Positions 49,510 to 63,269 of a stretch of 64,000 nt of DNA are shown piece after piece. Positions within the stretch are counted from its first letter, which is position 1, and every line of letters starts with the position of its first letter. The stretch covers positions 74,958,001-75,022,000 of the forward strand of contig OX597831.1 in NCBI GenBank assembly GCA_951406725.2, in the 5' to 3' direction. The stretch comes from Octopus vulgaris (lineage: Eukaryota). The notes beneath the pieces were generated by a model, which was not told the origin of the DNA, did no database searches, and was given only the letters and a program-made list of their open reading frames with translations. Both the position numbers and the translations under genes were made by a program.

Positions 49510-49812
49510 ATGTTGGAATTGCTACAGAATGTACTATGCATTATTTTTAAGGGCAGTGCATTGTCTGCCAGTATTGGGAACCAAAATTCATACACTTGAA
49601 ATTTGATACCTGGTGGTTATGAAATCAAATCCATTCATCCCTAGTTATATTTGTTCTTCCACTTGTTCATAAAGTTATATAGAATCAAGGCAGAGTTTTG
49701 GAATTGTTGTCCCTGGAAATTCTGTACTTCATACAAAAGAAAAAAAACAATACTTTGCTTTCTTTTATTGGGTTTTCTCTTCACGCTCTAGTATTTTAAG
49801 TCATACGACATG

Positions 49813-50142
49813 TGAAGGTGTGTGGCCCAGCAGTTAGGGTGTTGCACTCCAAATCGCTAGATTGTGAGTTTGATCCTGGACCAAGTCTAACCATGCCAGC
49901 ATGGACAACAGATGTTAAATGATGATTGTGGTGATGACCAAATGGCATGTTGTGTTCTTGAGCAAAACCCTTCATTTCACATTGCTCCAGTCCACTCAGC
50001 CACAAATAGGTACACCCTGCATCGGACCAGCCTTTTGATTAGGGTGAATGGTGGCCTGCTCACTTAGGGTGGCATAATTTGAAAGCTAAAGATTGATGCT
50101 AAGCACATTGTGACCATCAAATAGTTTGGTCGATCATGTGAA
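49813..50142 (+). mobile_element. SINE with family D head and RTE-derived tail (contains a short RTE-UTR insert)
   Basis: Head as in 55513; tail TTTGAAAGCTAAAG...TTGTGACC...TGGTCGATCATGTGA as in 44195-44280. Confidence 0.7.
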
Positions 50143-50324
50143 ATATAACATAGTTTAATGATTCTGAAAAGATTATTTTCCAAATTTTCAATTTTTTTCA
50201 CATTTCAAATCTCAAGATGAACCTCAGTCAAAACCTATCAGCTTGATGGTGTTTTGGTATCACTCAGCAAGATTTTTGTTAGCCACTCTCCAGTTATCTA
50301 TTTAAAGCTGTATATGGCTATGGT

Positions 50325-50897
50325 GCAGCCATGCTTGGAATTTGCATCACCGGTCTGGAACCGCTATCTTACTCAGGACATTGACCTCCTGGAAATTGTT
50401 CAGAGACGTGCAACCAAGTGAATACCCTCCATCAGGCATTTACCATACTCTGAACACCAACGTCTGGCAACTGACTTAGTAAACACCCACAGAATTATTA
50501 ACCATCGTGCCAACAACCACCTTGAGCACCTTTCTGAGCTCCATATGGGAACACCTTCTCGTGGACATGCCTACAAAGTCAGAAAACAGCACAGCTCCCA
50601 TGACTTTCAGAAACATTTTTTTCACACCCAGAGTTGCTGAAACATGGAACAAACTACCTGCATCAGTTGTTAGTTGCTGAGACATTGCTTCCTTTAAAAC
50701 CTCCATGCTTCCTGAAATTCGCCAACACTACACCTGATATCCTCCATATGCATGCACCCATGTATATCACGACTCATACACTGATCACTTTTCTGACTTT
50801 TGTACATAATTATATGTACTGTACATGCACCTTTAATGAGTTGTAGTGCACCTGGGCACCATACACAATAATTTCATTATCATCATTATTATTATCA
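50325..50897 (+). mobile_element. CR1-clade LINE 3' fragment
   Basis: DIDLLEIVQRRATK and homology to 7556-7992. Confidence 0.85.
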
Positions 50898-51279
50898 TAG
50901 GATTTTTTCTTTCTTTGTTTTTGTTATTGCCAAAGTGACTGTCCATTCATTCACCTTTTCCATCCCCTTTTACTGGGAGAGTTGTAGGAGTAGAGTCTTC
51001 AGACACCTCCTCCTCTCTTTATAGAGTCCATAGCAGATGCAACCATCATTACACTTTTCAGCTGGATTCCCAAGCACAACCGAGGCCATGGATATTATTC
51101 AACCATCTCGTTCTTCGTCTACCCCCAGATCTTCTGTTGGTTGGCTTAGCTTAAAAATCTGTCTTGATTCTTTCCTGCAACATTCTGATCACATGTCCAT
51201 ATCAATGGATTGGTGACCGTTCAGTGTGGAAAAGTAGTGGCTTGATCTGGTATATTTGGAAATACAAATTTTGGCTTCA

Positions 51280-51610
51280 TCATCATTGTTTAACATCCTG
51301 TTTTCCATGCTAGCATGGGTTGGATGGTTTGACTGGGGACTGGCAAACCAGGAGGCTGCACTGGGCTCTAATTTGATCTGACAGTGTTTACACAGCTGGA
51401 TGCCCTTCCTAATGCCAACCACTCTAAGAGTGAAGTGGGTGCTTTTCATGTGCCATCAGCATGGGAGCCAGTCAGGTGGCACTGGCATCGGCCACGTTCA
51501 AATGGTGCTTTTTACATGTTACCGGCACAGGAGCTAGGCGGGGAGTTGCTAGCATCAACCATGTTTGGATGGTGCTTTTTACATACCACTGGCATGGGGA
51601 GCCAGTCATT
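51280..51610 (-). mobile_element. RTE 3'UTR-derived element
   Basis: Homology to 30780-31335. Confidence 0.8.
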
Positions 51611-51974
51611 TCTAGTAAATGTTTCGTAAATAAGATGCGTTTTTTTTTTTTTTTTTTTTTTTTAGTGTTTTTAAATGCACAGACATTCATTCTCCAATGT
51701 TGCACCATTCTGTGGTAAATAGTTGTGGTTCCTGCTGTATCATAAATGATGCAACTCCCCCTGGGCAGGGCATCCGTCTGTCATAGACGAGTAGGTTAAG
51801 TGAGGCGTGACAGAACACTTTCAGCCTGAACCATGATGAGATGCTGATCCAGTGTCTTAGAAAAACAAACGGATTTTTGCTGTTGTTGTTGTTTTGCAAA
51901 GATAAGTTTCGTGTTTCTTTTAATGTTTCTTGGATTACATTTCCTAACTAGAAATTATTTATCAGAATTATTAA

Positions 51975-52132
51975 TAGGTGTGGTTGTGTGGTGAGAAGCC
52001 TTGCTTCCCGATCACCTGGTTCTGGGTTCAGTCCCACTGTGTGGCACTTTGGATCTTCTGCTATAGTCTCGGGCTGACAAAAGCCTTGCAAGTAGATTTG
52101 GTAGACGGAAACTGAAAGAAGCCCATCATGTC

Positions 52133-52177
<45 letters not shown>

Positions 52178-53500
52178 CAAATAAGAAAATGGAGAAACAA
52201 ATTTAGTTTGTTCATCAACTTTCAGATATTAAAATGTTGGATTATTTATTCATTTAACAAAATGAGAACATCAATAGTGTTGTGAATGGTTCAGCTGGTG
52301 CAGTACTTCTTGACCTACTTTGCTGGCTTGGAAACTGAAAGTCTACAATACAAAGTTATAGTCCTTTGTTCACGGAAGAGTGATGGCTTTTAGGGGACCT
52401 TTGGCCCTGTCAGGTGAATTAGAGTTCAGTTTGTGAGAGACAGTGAGAGAAATGTTGAGGGCTGAGGAAGACAGATTAAGGAATCTGGGAGCTTGTCATG
52501 AGAGATGACAGTAGAGTGAGAGGATGAGGGGCAGAGGAAGACAGGCAGAGAGTATTACAGAGCTAGGAGAGATTGTGGGTAGTGAGAAGACAGTTGAGGA
52601 CAGAGCAAGTTGGATTTGGCAGTCGGTATTTGGGAGTCAAGGCGAGCGGTTGGATTTAGCAGTGAGGATTTGGTATTCAGGGCAAGCAGTTTAGCAGTTG
52701 GATTTAGCAGTGCTAAGAGAGATGAGACATTGGCTAATGTAACGGTACATGAATTGTTGTATTGATATGTGAAGAGAAAGAAGGAAAAAGAATCGATGTA
52801 TTGAAATGTAAAAGAAATGAGACAGTAAAAAGAACAATGTGAACTGTGTTGATATGTGTTACAGAACTGTTAAGGCAAAAGAGAATTGTGTAATGAACAT
52901 TGATCTGTTTATGCCTTTAATGTCCTTTGAACTGTAACGTTAATGTGATTTGAAACAGAACTGTTGTCTCTGGACTGTATAATGTATTGACTTGTTGTTT
53001 AATGTGTTGATTCTGTTGCTTGTATTTACCTGTTGTATCTTTAAATGTATTTGATGTTGTAATAGTCATATAAACTAGTTGTTAAACGTAGCCAATTGCC
53101 TTCCGCTGTATCTCTGTTTCTCTTCCTGCTGTTGTTGTTGTCGTTATCTCTCTCCTCTCTGAGTTCCGTGGCGAACTTTCCCGTTCGACCGAGCGACGGC
53201 AGGTGGTCCGTAACAATACCATACATATATACCTTATAATTCAATACATATAAGATAAGAATACAAATTATAGAAATCATAATAAATTATTGAAATCATA
53301 TATTTGTGTGTCTGTGTTTTGTCCCCCCACTTGACAACTGGTGTTGGTTTGTTTACATCCCTCTAGCTTAGTGGTTCAGCAAAAGAGACCGAATAAATAC
53401 CAGATTTAAAAAAAAAGTGCTGGGGTCAGTTTATTGAACTAAAACTTCAAGGCAGGCCCCAGCATGGCCACAGCCTAATGACTGAAACAAGTAAAAGATA
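51975..53500 (+). mobile_element. SINE B split by a ~1.1-kb nested insertion in its TA microsatellite
   Basis: 5' half at 51975-52140 and 3' half at 53300-53500. Confidence 0.8.
52278..53215. mobile_element. Probable solo LTR
   Basis: TGTTGTGA...CCGTAACA termini (TG..CA with short inverted ends), flanks ATAG/ATAC (4-bp TSD with 1 mismatch), 938 bp, no ORF. Confidence 0.55.
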
Positions 53501-53619
53501 ACTGTGTTAAAGATTGCATGGATGAAGTAAGGCAGAAATACGTTTATCTTTGTGTCATTTTGCTATTTTCATTTGCACTAATTATGTTTAAAAGTATTGG
53601 AAATTCCTTCTGCGTACTG

Positions 53620-54620
53620 ACCTACTTTGGAATATAGATACGGAAGCTGATAGTGGTCTAGAAACAAACCGCTATCAGATATGGTGGCCTTGAAATACAC
53701 TTTGATGGATGACATGAATCTGGTGGTTTGATAGTTATGGTAGCCTTGAAGTAAAGTATGATTGTCTGACAGATATGGAGGCCTTGAAATACTTTTTGAT
53801 GGGTGACGTAAATATGAATGATGGCCTGATAGATAGGGTGACCTAGAAACCTGTTTTAATGACTAATGCAAATGTGTTTCTAAGTTGTACTTATCTAGTA
53901 ATAGACTTGATCTGTGACTACATGTTGTAACTCGGCGAGTTGGCAGACAATGTGGCAAGCTGGCAGAGACGTTAGCATGCCGGGCGAAATGCTTAGCGGT
54001 ATTTCGCCCGTCGCTACGTTCTGAGTTCAAATTCCGCCAAGGTCGACTTTGCCTTTCATCCTTTCAGGGTCGATAAATTAAGTACCAGTTGAGCACTGGG
54101 GTCGATGTAATCGACTTAATCCGTTTGTCTGTCCTTGTTTAGCCCCTTGTGGGTAATAAAGAAATAGATATGTTGTAACTTGAAGCCACAACATGGTGGA
54201 AGAGCCATTTTAACCATTTAATAACACACAAAAGAAATTCTAATTTATTTCTTCAGATATTGAAATGTTTGTCGTACAATTACAACCTGGTCACTGACAT
54301 AGTTCCACTGGAATGGTGTGACTGTGTGAAAGATATGGGAGCCTTGAGGTATGCTTTGGCGGTGGGTGTGTATAAGAAAGTTTGCTAATGGCGCTAGGCC
54401 TTGAATTAGTCTTTGATGGATCATGTTTATATGGTAGTGTGAAAGAAACAGTAACTTTCAAACACTGATGGATTGTGTTTATATGCTGGTTTTGAAGGAT
54501 ATGACAGCTTAGAAACCTTCTTTGAATGGAGATGTTTATATGTTGGTGTGAAAGAAATGGTAACCTTGAAACTGTTTTTGACAGATTGTGTTTATACAAT
54601 AATCTTGAGGAACATGAATG
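53620..54620 (+). repeat. Degenerate minisatellite (GATATGGTGGCCTTGAAA...TTTGATGG) interrupted by a SINE A (53950-54166)
   Basis: Recurrent motif on both sides of the SINE. Confidence 0.6.
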
Positions 54621-55512
54621 GAAATGCAAACAAAATGAGATTCATTCAGGAAAAGGGGAAAAAAAAAAGATGAGTGGTTGGTGATGAAGAATTATTTTGG
54701 AGATGCTAGATTGTATGAATTCTTTCTTTTGGAAACTAGAAAAAAAAAACCCATAGTTCTAAGACTGAAAGAATTCAATTAATGACACATTGGAGAGAAG
54801 CATTCAACCTCTTAATGCACAAGTTTCATAATTCCTTATGTCATGAGAATTTTAATCTATGTGAAAGAAAAAATGGTAAAATAAGAATTGGAGATTTCAT
54901 TAGTTTTTTTTCCCAAAAGATTTGATTTTTAGATCCTAGTTTTGTTTCATGTCATAACCTCTTGTATTATCCTCATCTTATGTTCAATTCCCATACTGGT
55001 ATGGGCTCAGTGGGTCATTATGGTTAGAGGAATCTGTTGCATGCCTACAGTCCCCTCTTGTATGGTTTCCATGGCTGCATTCCATTCTTGAAGTAAACTA
55101 TTTCAAAGTGTGTACTGGCAGCATTTTATCATGGCACCCGTGTTGGAATGTTTGGTTAGTTCCCTGATGGGATTTCCTCTGTTCATTCTAGACAAATATA
55201 AAGAGAGTATGAGTGTGATTGGTGCCAGAGGATGGTAGGGGCAGGAGTAATGGCAGAGAGACTGATAGGAAGAATGCAAATGATATAGGTTGACAGAAGG
55301 AGACACAAAGGTGATAAATATATACCAACTCTACGATTGAAAAGAGCAGGTGAGAGGGCACATCCTTGTAGTACACCATTCAGGAAACTGCAGGTTCCAG
55401 AGATTTTCTACTTATGCATCACATAACCCTGGCAACTAAGAAATTTCTGTATGAGGATGGTGATAGAGGCACAGCGCTTGATTGTGGTTAAAATGGTACA
55501 TATGGGGAGATT

Positions 55513-55820
55513 GTGAAGGCACGTGGCTTAGTGGTTAGGGCATTTGGCTCATGATTGTAAGGTCATGAGTTCAGTTCCCAGCGACACGTTGTGTCCTTGA
55601 GCAAGACACTTTATTTCATTATATTGCTCCAGTCCACTCAGCTGGCAAAAATGAGTTGAACCTGTATTTCAAAGGGCCAGCCTTGTCACGCTGAATCTCT
55701 GAGAATACGTTAGGGCTACACGTGTCTGTGGATGGCTCAACCACTTGCACGTTAATTTCACGAGCAAGCTGTTCCATTGATTGTATCAGCTGGGACCCTC
55801 GTTGTAACTGACGGAGTGCT
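55513..55820 (+). mobile_element. SINE with family D head and tail X; flanking GGGGAGATT duplication
   Basis: tRNA-like head GGCTTAGTGGTTAGGGC and GAGTTCAGTTCC, then GTGTCCTTGAGCAAGACACTT; tail shared with 41620-41791. Confidence 0.85.
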
Positions 55821-55834
55821 CCTGTTAAGGGGAG

Positions 55835-57112
55835 ATTATATTATTCTTTACTGTATTTTCTGTAATAGTTGTGTGAAATTATGTTGCAAATGAGTGTGGT
55901 GGTGTGAATTCATGGTGTGCAGGATATGTAGGTTAATAATGTCAAGGATTAGCTTTCCTAGAATGTTTGGTGTGTGTAGGTCTTTGGGGTGTTTCGATTT
56001 TAAGCTATTTTTTCAAAGCTATAATGGAAGTGACAAAGGAGCATACTTAGCATATTTTGCTTTATGAGTTCAACAATGCAATGGAAAGTGCAAGGAATAT
56101 TTATGCAGGATATGGGGATCGGACAATAACCGTAAGCCAGTGTCAGCAGTGGTTCCAGAAATTCCGAGTCGGAAATTATAGTCTAGAAGACAAGCCTCAT
56201 CCTGGAAGATCTGTAGAGCTTGATGAAGACGTCCTGCAAATCCTGGTGGAACAAAATCCCATCGTAACTGTTGAGGAGCTAGTAGAGAAGCTTGGATTTG
56301 GTCATTCAACCATTCATCAACACTTGCATACCATTGGAAAAGTCAGCAAATTGTGTCAATGGTTTCTTTACAAACTTTCCAAGTCAAATCATGTGCAGAG
56401 AGTGAATGTGTGCCCTTCGTTACTGTCACGTCTCATGAATGAACCCTTTTTTTTCTTTGACCGAATAGTGACTGGTGACGAGAAATGGGTTCTCTATAAA
56501 GATGTCAAGTGCTGAAGACATTAGGTAGAGAAAGGAGAGACACTGGCACCCTAGTCTAAAGGTCTTCACCCACGTAAGGTGTTGTCTGTTTGGTAGGATA
56601 TGAAAGGTTTAGTCCACTTTGAACTTTTAAACCCAAACTAAATGATAACAAAGGAGATCTACTGCAAGCAGCTTAAGTCAATGCTAGAAGAAAAACGATC
56701 ATCTTTGGTTTCAAGACGAAAGGTGTTCTTCCATCAGGGTAATGCTCAGCCACATACAGCGAGGATAACATTCCAAAGGCTGGAGCAGTTTGAATGGGAA
56801 ACAATGCGCCATCCACCGTATTTGCTAGGCATTGCCCCCATCTGATTATCATTTATTCCACAGTCTTCAAAATCATTTGGACGGGAAAAATATGAATTCT
56901 GCAGATGAGGTCAGAACAGTACTGGAAGAGTACTTTTCATCATGGACAAGTGAATTTTGGAAGAGGGACCTTGCAAGTCTACCAGATAGATGAAAGAGCA
57001 TTGTAGAAAATGAAGGAGAGTATATTTTAGATTGAAAAAGAACTTTATCTTAATTTTGAAAAATGAAAGAAGGATAAAAAAAAAACTGCATTATTTATGG
57101 GAATGACCCAGC
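55835..57112 (+). mobile_element. Second mariner family, near complete transposase pseudogene (ATG 56024 to TGA 57035), right TIR only
   Basis: IVTGDEKWV, FHQGNAQPH and HPPYLLGIAP-SDYHLF motifs with many stops and frameshifts; right end AAAACTGCATTATTTATGGGAATGACCCA. Confidence 0.9.
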
Positions 57113-57633
57113 ATATATATATAAAAGTGAAATTCTGTCCATCTGGGACCCCTGTACCTCAGTCTACATTTGCTCTACATAGACATATTACACCTTTTTG
57201 GAATTGGGATGATCCCAGGATTAAAAATCTGCCCTTCATTTAGTACTTGAACATCCAGCATTGGGATTTGATGTAAAGGCATTTGAATATTTCTAGTGGG
57301 TAAAGCTTAGCTGATTCAAGCCATTTTTGGAGGGTGTATGTCAGATGACAGAGATCAAAGGTGAGATAAAAGACCTGCTTTGCTACTTATATGTGGAGAT
57401 AAGAACTTTGGGGCAAATTGGCCAACGGCTGGAATTCAACTTGGGACTGGAACAATTGAATGATTGCACTACAGAATTAATTCTCATCCATCCTTAACCT
57501 CTGCTCAGACACCACCAGAGCATATAGCCATTATAGTCATGGTATTTATCTCTTTGGTTTTGACCTGCATGCCCATGTAGCCGTCTGCAAGAGCTGGCTT
57601 AAAAGTCCACATGGAGTGCAACTTTTTAGCTAG
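57113..57633 (+). mobile_element. Possible old non-autonomous Helitron
   Basis: Starts TATATATAAAAGTGAAATTCTGTC like the other Helitrons and ends GCTAG|T; hairpin weak. Confidence 0.35.
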
Positions 57634-58269
57634 TGTGTGTGTGTGTGTGTGTATTTATTTATATAAACACCAGGTTGCAATATTTCACCAAAAAAGAAAA
57701 TTCTTAAGAATTCTCAGTCGGCATATTTTGGACAATTATGGCCCCCTGTTAGTGTATACGTTTTCATGTGTGTAAACTACAGCGTTAGAGCATTTTAGCT
57801 CTTATTTCTAGCAATGTAGGTGTTTGTTTAACACCGTGGTCACATTTAGTGACTCTCTCTCTCTCTCTATATATATATATATGTGTATGTATATATATGT
57901 GTGTGTGTATGTATATATATGTCTGTGTGTGTGTGTGTGGTGTATATATATATATATATATATATATGAAGTTTCAGCATACCAGCTGCCATCAGTGTTG
58001 ATAGTTAAGCTGAAACTTCGAAGTCACTATCAGCCTTTACCTCGTAAAAATGAGTAAACATGTCCTCTGTTATATAGTATAGAGCACTGTTTCTGTTGAT
58101 GTGCAATAGTTTTCAACATGGAAAATGCATGTTAGCCACTCAGGAACATGCAAAGACTGTTAACCTCATCCAATCATTTATTGTTTGCAACATGGGGTCA
58201 AAATTTTCATCACACCAACTGCAACCTGGTCACTGACATCCTTACACTGCATTTAGTTTCTCTTTTTAT

Positions 58270-58686
58270 ATACTCTTTACTCTTTTACTTGTTTCAGTCA
58301 TTTGACTGCGGCCATGCTGGAGCACTGCCTTTTAGTCGAGCAACTCGACCCCGGGACTTATTCTTTTTTTTGTAAGCCCAGTACTTATTCTATCGGCCTC
58401 TTTTGCCGAACCGCTAAGTAACGGAGACATAAACACACCAGCATCGGTTGTCAAGCAATGCTAGGGGGACAAACACAGACACACAAACAAACACACATAC
58501 ATATATATATATATATACATATATACGACAGGCTTCTTTCAGTTTCCGTCTACCAAATCCACTCACATGGCATTGGTCGGCCCAAGGCTATAGTAGAAGA
58601 CACTTGCCCAAGATGCCACACAGTGGGACTGAACCTGGAACCATGTGGTTGGTAAGCAAGCTACTTACCACACAGCCACTCCTGCA
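58270..58686 (-). mobile_element. SINE family B, full length
   Basis: Family homology. Confidence 0.92.
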
Positions 58687-58907
58687 GTATTGACCCCAAT
58701 ATACCACTGGTACATTTCACTTGACTCCTTAGCAAAATTCAGTCGACTCTGATCATTTAAACTCAAAATACTCACACAGAAGAAAGTCACTGACCCTGCT
58801 GCCATTCTACTTTTCTTTTTGTTTGCTAAATATTAAGCTTTAATTTATTTTCTCTGCAATATTTCACCTGACTTAGGTAAAGATTTTTTTCTTTCTCTTT
58901 TTCTTTC

Positions 58908-58948
<41 letters not shown>

Positions 58949-59331
58949 TATATATGTATGATCTTGGCAATCTTCACTGTATTTACGTTATTCTTAACAT
59001 AGTACATTTCTCATTTTTCATCCCAGATTATTATTTATTTAATATCTGTTAATACAAACCTAAAGTAAGAAATAATATTTAGGAATAAATCTAGTACTGA
59101 CACTAACTACTTTTGTTGTTGTTGTTATAGTCTTATATTTATTGTATGCTTTCACTGCACAACTCAGTACAGCTGCATGTGCCTAGGATATGGGGGTTTT
59201 TATTATTTCTGCATATTCTATTGTGTGAGAAGTATTCTATCAAATATGTGAGAAGTAACCAGAAGCACTTGTTGTTGTCATTGTTGCTGTTGTTACTGTT
59301 TTCATTATGGTTATTTTTATTATTGTTATTA

Positions 59332-59555
59332 AGGTGGTGAGCTGGCAGAATCATTACCACGCCGGGTGAAATGCTTAGCGTTATTTCACCTGTCATTACG
59401 TCCTGAGTTCAAATTCCGCCGAGGTCGACTTTGCCTTTCATCTTTTCGGGGTCGATAAATTAAGTACCGGTTGAGCACTAAGGATGATGTGATCGACTGT
59501 CCACCTCCCCACAAAATCCAGGCTGTGTGTCAATAGTAGAAAGGATTATTATTAT
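59332..59555 (+). mobile_element. SINE family A
   Basis: Family homology. Confidence 0.88.
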
Positions 59556-60139
59556 TGCCCCAGCATGGCCGCTGCCTTCGGGCTAAAACATTTTTAAGGA
59601 TTAGAAGCAGCTCCTTAATTTAAATACCATTGACGTCACATAGTGTTGTTTAAATGCATTTTGGCTTCAGACAAAGTGGGTTAAAAAATAGTATACTTCA
59701 AAACAAGGGGGAAAGAATCACTCCAGAAGTGAACAAGAATGACAGATTGATATTTTGCTGTTATTTCAGCTCATTGGCACTGTATACCCAATTCACCCGT
59801 GGAAAAAAATTTCAAACTGCTGTTCTAAAGTATATACAGTTAGTGTAAACTCTATCTCCTGACATGTATTAGTGCTGCACTAGTTAAACAAAACTCAAAT
59901 TCTGCATTAAAAGCAGCTTTGTAATGTAAGCATTATTGATGTCACATAGTTAATGTGTGTCTGTTGCTGTTTAAACACATTTCAGCTTTGGTGTTTCATC
60001 CAGAGAAGGTCCCTTTAGAGCCACAATGTTAAAAATCACACATTAGATTTTAAACCAGGTAGAACAAATCATTTAGTTTGGTTGAGAAGACCTTCTCACC
60101 TTGAGTGACTGGCAGCCTGTTGGTTTCAACAACAAGGTT

Positions 60140-60421
60140 TGCAGTTGATCCGATCAATGGAACAGCCTGCCACATGCAAGTGGCTGAGCACTCCAGGGAT
60201 GCATATCATTAATTTAGTTCCCATGGAGATTCGGCATGGCTCAGAATGTAACAAGGCTGGCCCCTTTCAGTTACAGGTACGACTCATTTTTGCCAGCTGA
60301 GTGGACTGGAGCGATGACAAATAGAATGTCTTGCTCAAGGATACATCGTGTTGCTGGGAACTGAATTCACAACCTTACACTCATGAGTGGAACACCCTAA
60401 CCACTAAGCCACGTGCCTTCA
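60140..60421 (-). mobile_element. SINE with family D head and tail X
   Basis: Homologous to 55513-55820. Confidence 0.8.
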
Positions 60422-61704
60422 CACAGCTTGAGTGAATGAAGAGGTGACACATGAGAATGGTTTCTCCCTTCTTTGAACTCCTTATTGAAAGGGTCGGGTG
60501 AATTTTGTGCTCAGAAATTTGAAAGCTGGAATAGAAAAAATAAATCCTTTTTCTTGAAAAACAGCTACAGACTGGCAACGGGAAGAGCATCCGTCTTTAA
60601 AATCCTGCTTCAGACAACCCATCATCTAATCCACGCTAGCTGGGAAAAAACAGATGTTGAATACCCAAGTGTAAAATTTGTTTTTGAATTCTTCCGAGTA
60701 CATGTGCCTCTCTCGGTAGCTTAGTCTCTCTCTCTCTTATGTTTCTCTCATTAGCAGTGTGTGTCACTTTCTCTAAATAGCTTAGTGTGTAAATCTTTCT
60801 TTTTCAATTACTGAGTCTCTCTCTCTCTCTTTTTATATAGCTGGGTGTGCATGTGTCTCTATAGTTGCGTCTCTCTGTGTAACTGAGTGTGTGTGTGTGT
60901 CTCAATTATTTTTATTTATTTATTTATCTAGTTTCAGCTCACAAGCTATGGCCATGCTGGGGCACCGCAATTGCTGAGTTTTTCTCTTTCAGTTGCTCTG
61001 TGTGCGTGTCTCTCTCTCGTTCAATAGCTTATTGCCTCTCTCTCTCTCTTTCAAACTCTGAGTTGTATCTCAGTAACTGAGTATCTCTCAGTAACTGAGT
61101 TGTCATTCTCACTAGCTAAGTGTCTCTTTCCTTCCCACTCCCTCCTTCTCTTTCTCTCCCTCCCTCCCTCCTCTCTCTCCTTTCTCTCCCTCCCTCCTTT
61201 CTCCCCCTCCCCTCTCTCTCAATAGCTGAATGATGTCACATGAAACTAGAATGTTAACTCTTTTGATGAACATTCTCTGCTGCGTTTGTTGCTTCCTCTT
61301 TCAAATAATTAAAATCTGCTTCCATAAAAGATCTCCGTCGGTTAAAACCTCATTTCCAGAATCCTCTCCATCAGTCACAAACAACAGATGCCTACAGACT
61401 GCAGGCAAACCTTTCGCTTCTGTGTATTGCACATGATTCAAAAGAAGGAAATGTCACGTGCAGTTTGCTTGATGAAAAATCTTAGCTCCCATGCCTTTTG
61501 CAAATCTTTATCTTCTCAGTATATTTCACTTTTTGACACGTCTTGCTTTTCATCCATTAAAATGTCCAGAAATCACCCGTCTCACCAAGCAATCCTGGCG
61601 GGGTCGTCAGTTTAATCACCAACGGCCCCAACATGCCACAAGTTGTACTGGGTTACATTTTACCAGTAGTGCAAGAATGACCTCTCAAACACACACACAT
61701 ATAC

Positions 61705-61908
61705 TCTTACTCTCTTTTTACTCTTTTACTTGTTTCAGTCATCCGGCTGCGGCCATGCTGGAGCACCACCTTTAGTCGAGCAAATCGACCCCGGGACTTA
61801 TTCTTTTGTAAGCCCAGTACTTATTCTATCGGTCTCTTTTGCCGAACCGCTAAGTGACAGGGACGTAAACACACCAGCATCGGTTGTCAAGCAATGCTAG
61901 GAGGACAA

Positions 61909-61964
<56 letters not shown>

Positions 61965-62123
61965 CAGGCTTCTTTCAGTTTCCGTCTACCAAATCCACTC
62001 ACAAGGCATTGGTCGGCCCGGGACTATAGCAGAAGACACTTGCCCAAGATGCCACGCAGTGGGACTGAACCCGGAACCATGTGGTTGGTTAGCAAGCTAC
62101 TTACCACACAGCCACTCCTGCAC
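61705..62123 (-). mobile_element. SINE family B, full length
   Basis: Family homology. Confidence 0.92.
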
Positions 62124-62259
62124 CAATACTGTGTACGTTTGTATGTGTTTGTCTTCACATAGTACAATATTTGTAAATAAGCATCACCGTTATACAAAGT
62201 AAAGGGAAAGTCTCCTTCTCGAGTCATTCTGACTCATGAGGTCCGATTACCCAGTTTCC

Positions 62260-62600
62260 TTATTTCTTTATTGCCAACAAGGGGCTAAACAAAGAGGGTC
62301 AAACAAGGACAGACAAAGGGATTGAATTGATTACATCGACCCCAGTGTGTAGACAAATGGCTGAAGAAGATTGGGATAGAATGCCCTGTAGAGCTCCTAC
62401 AAGTTTGTCTCTTAGGGACAGCAAGGATTATCAGGAGGGTTCTAAGCTCTTGAAAAACTGCTGAAAACTTGTGGATAACTGGTACTTAATTTATCAACCC
62501 CAAAAGGATGAAAGGCAAAGTCGAACTCAGAACATAACGGCAGACAAAATACCGCTAAGCATTTCGCCCGGCATGCTAACGTTTCTGCCAGCTCGCCACC
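62260..62600 (-). mobile_element. SINE family A carrying a 128-bp LINE-derived insert (62350-62477)
   Basis: SINE halves are contiguous across the insert; flanking TTACCCAGTTTCC duplication. Confidence 0.85.
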
Positions 62601-63269
62601 TTTTACTCGGCTCACCGGTTACCCAGTTTCCGCAGCGTGTATATTCCCCACCTGGATGGGATGCCAGTCCATTGCAGGGTTACTCATTTGTGCCAGCTGA
62701 GTGGACTGGAGCAACGTGAAATGGAGTGGTTTGCTCAAGAACACAACGCATCACCCGGTCCAGGAATTGAAACTACAATTTTATGATCAGGAGTCCAACA
62801 CCTTAACCACTAAGCCACACGCCTTCTACTGTTATACAAGCAGTGTCATTCATTTCCATGTTTAGCTGTGGGGAAAATATTACCTTGCTTGAAAAGAAGT
62901 GTAGGCCGATAGCAGGAAGAGCATCTCGCCATAGAATGTCTGCTTCAGTCCTGTCTTGCTCAGGCAGACTTGGAAAAGTGAACCTTAACAAAAAACAACA
63001 AAGAATTATTTGCCATCTGCCTTCTTAATGACAGAGACATTATTCTTTTAGTGAATTCTTCCAATTGTTTGATTAGTCTGAAAATTGATTGAAGCATGCA
63101 AACAGTACGAGTGGCTGTGTGGTAAGAAGTTTGATTCCCAACAACATGGTTCTGGGTTCAGTCCTGCTGCATGGCACCATGGGCAAGTGTCTTCCACTAT
63201 AACCCTGAGCTGACCAAAGCCTTGTGAAAGCTGAAAGAAGCCCATCATGTGTGTGTGTGTGGATATTAT

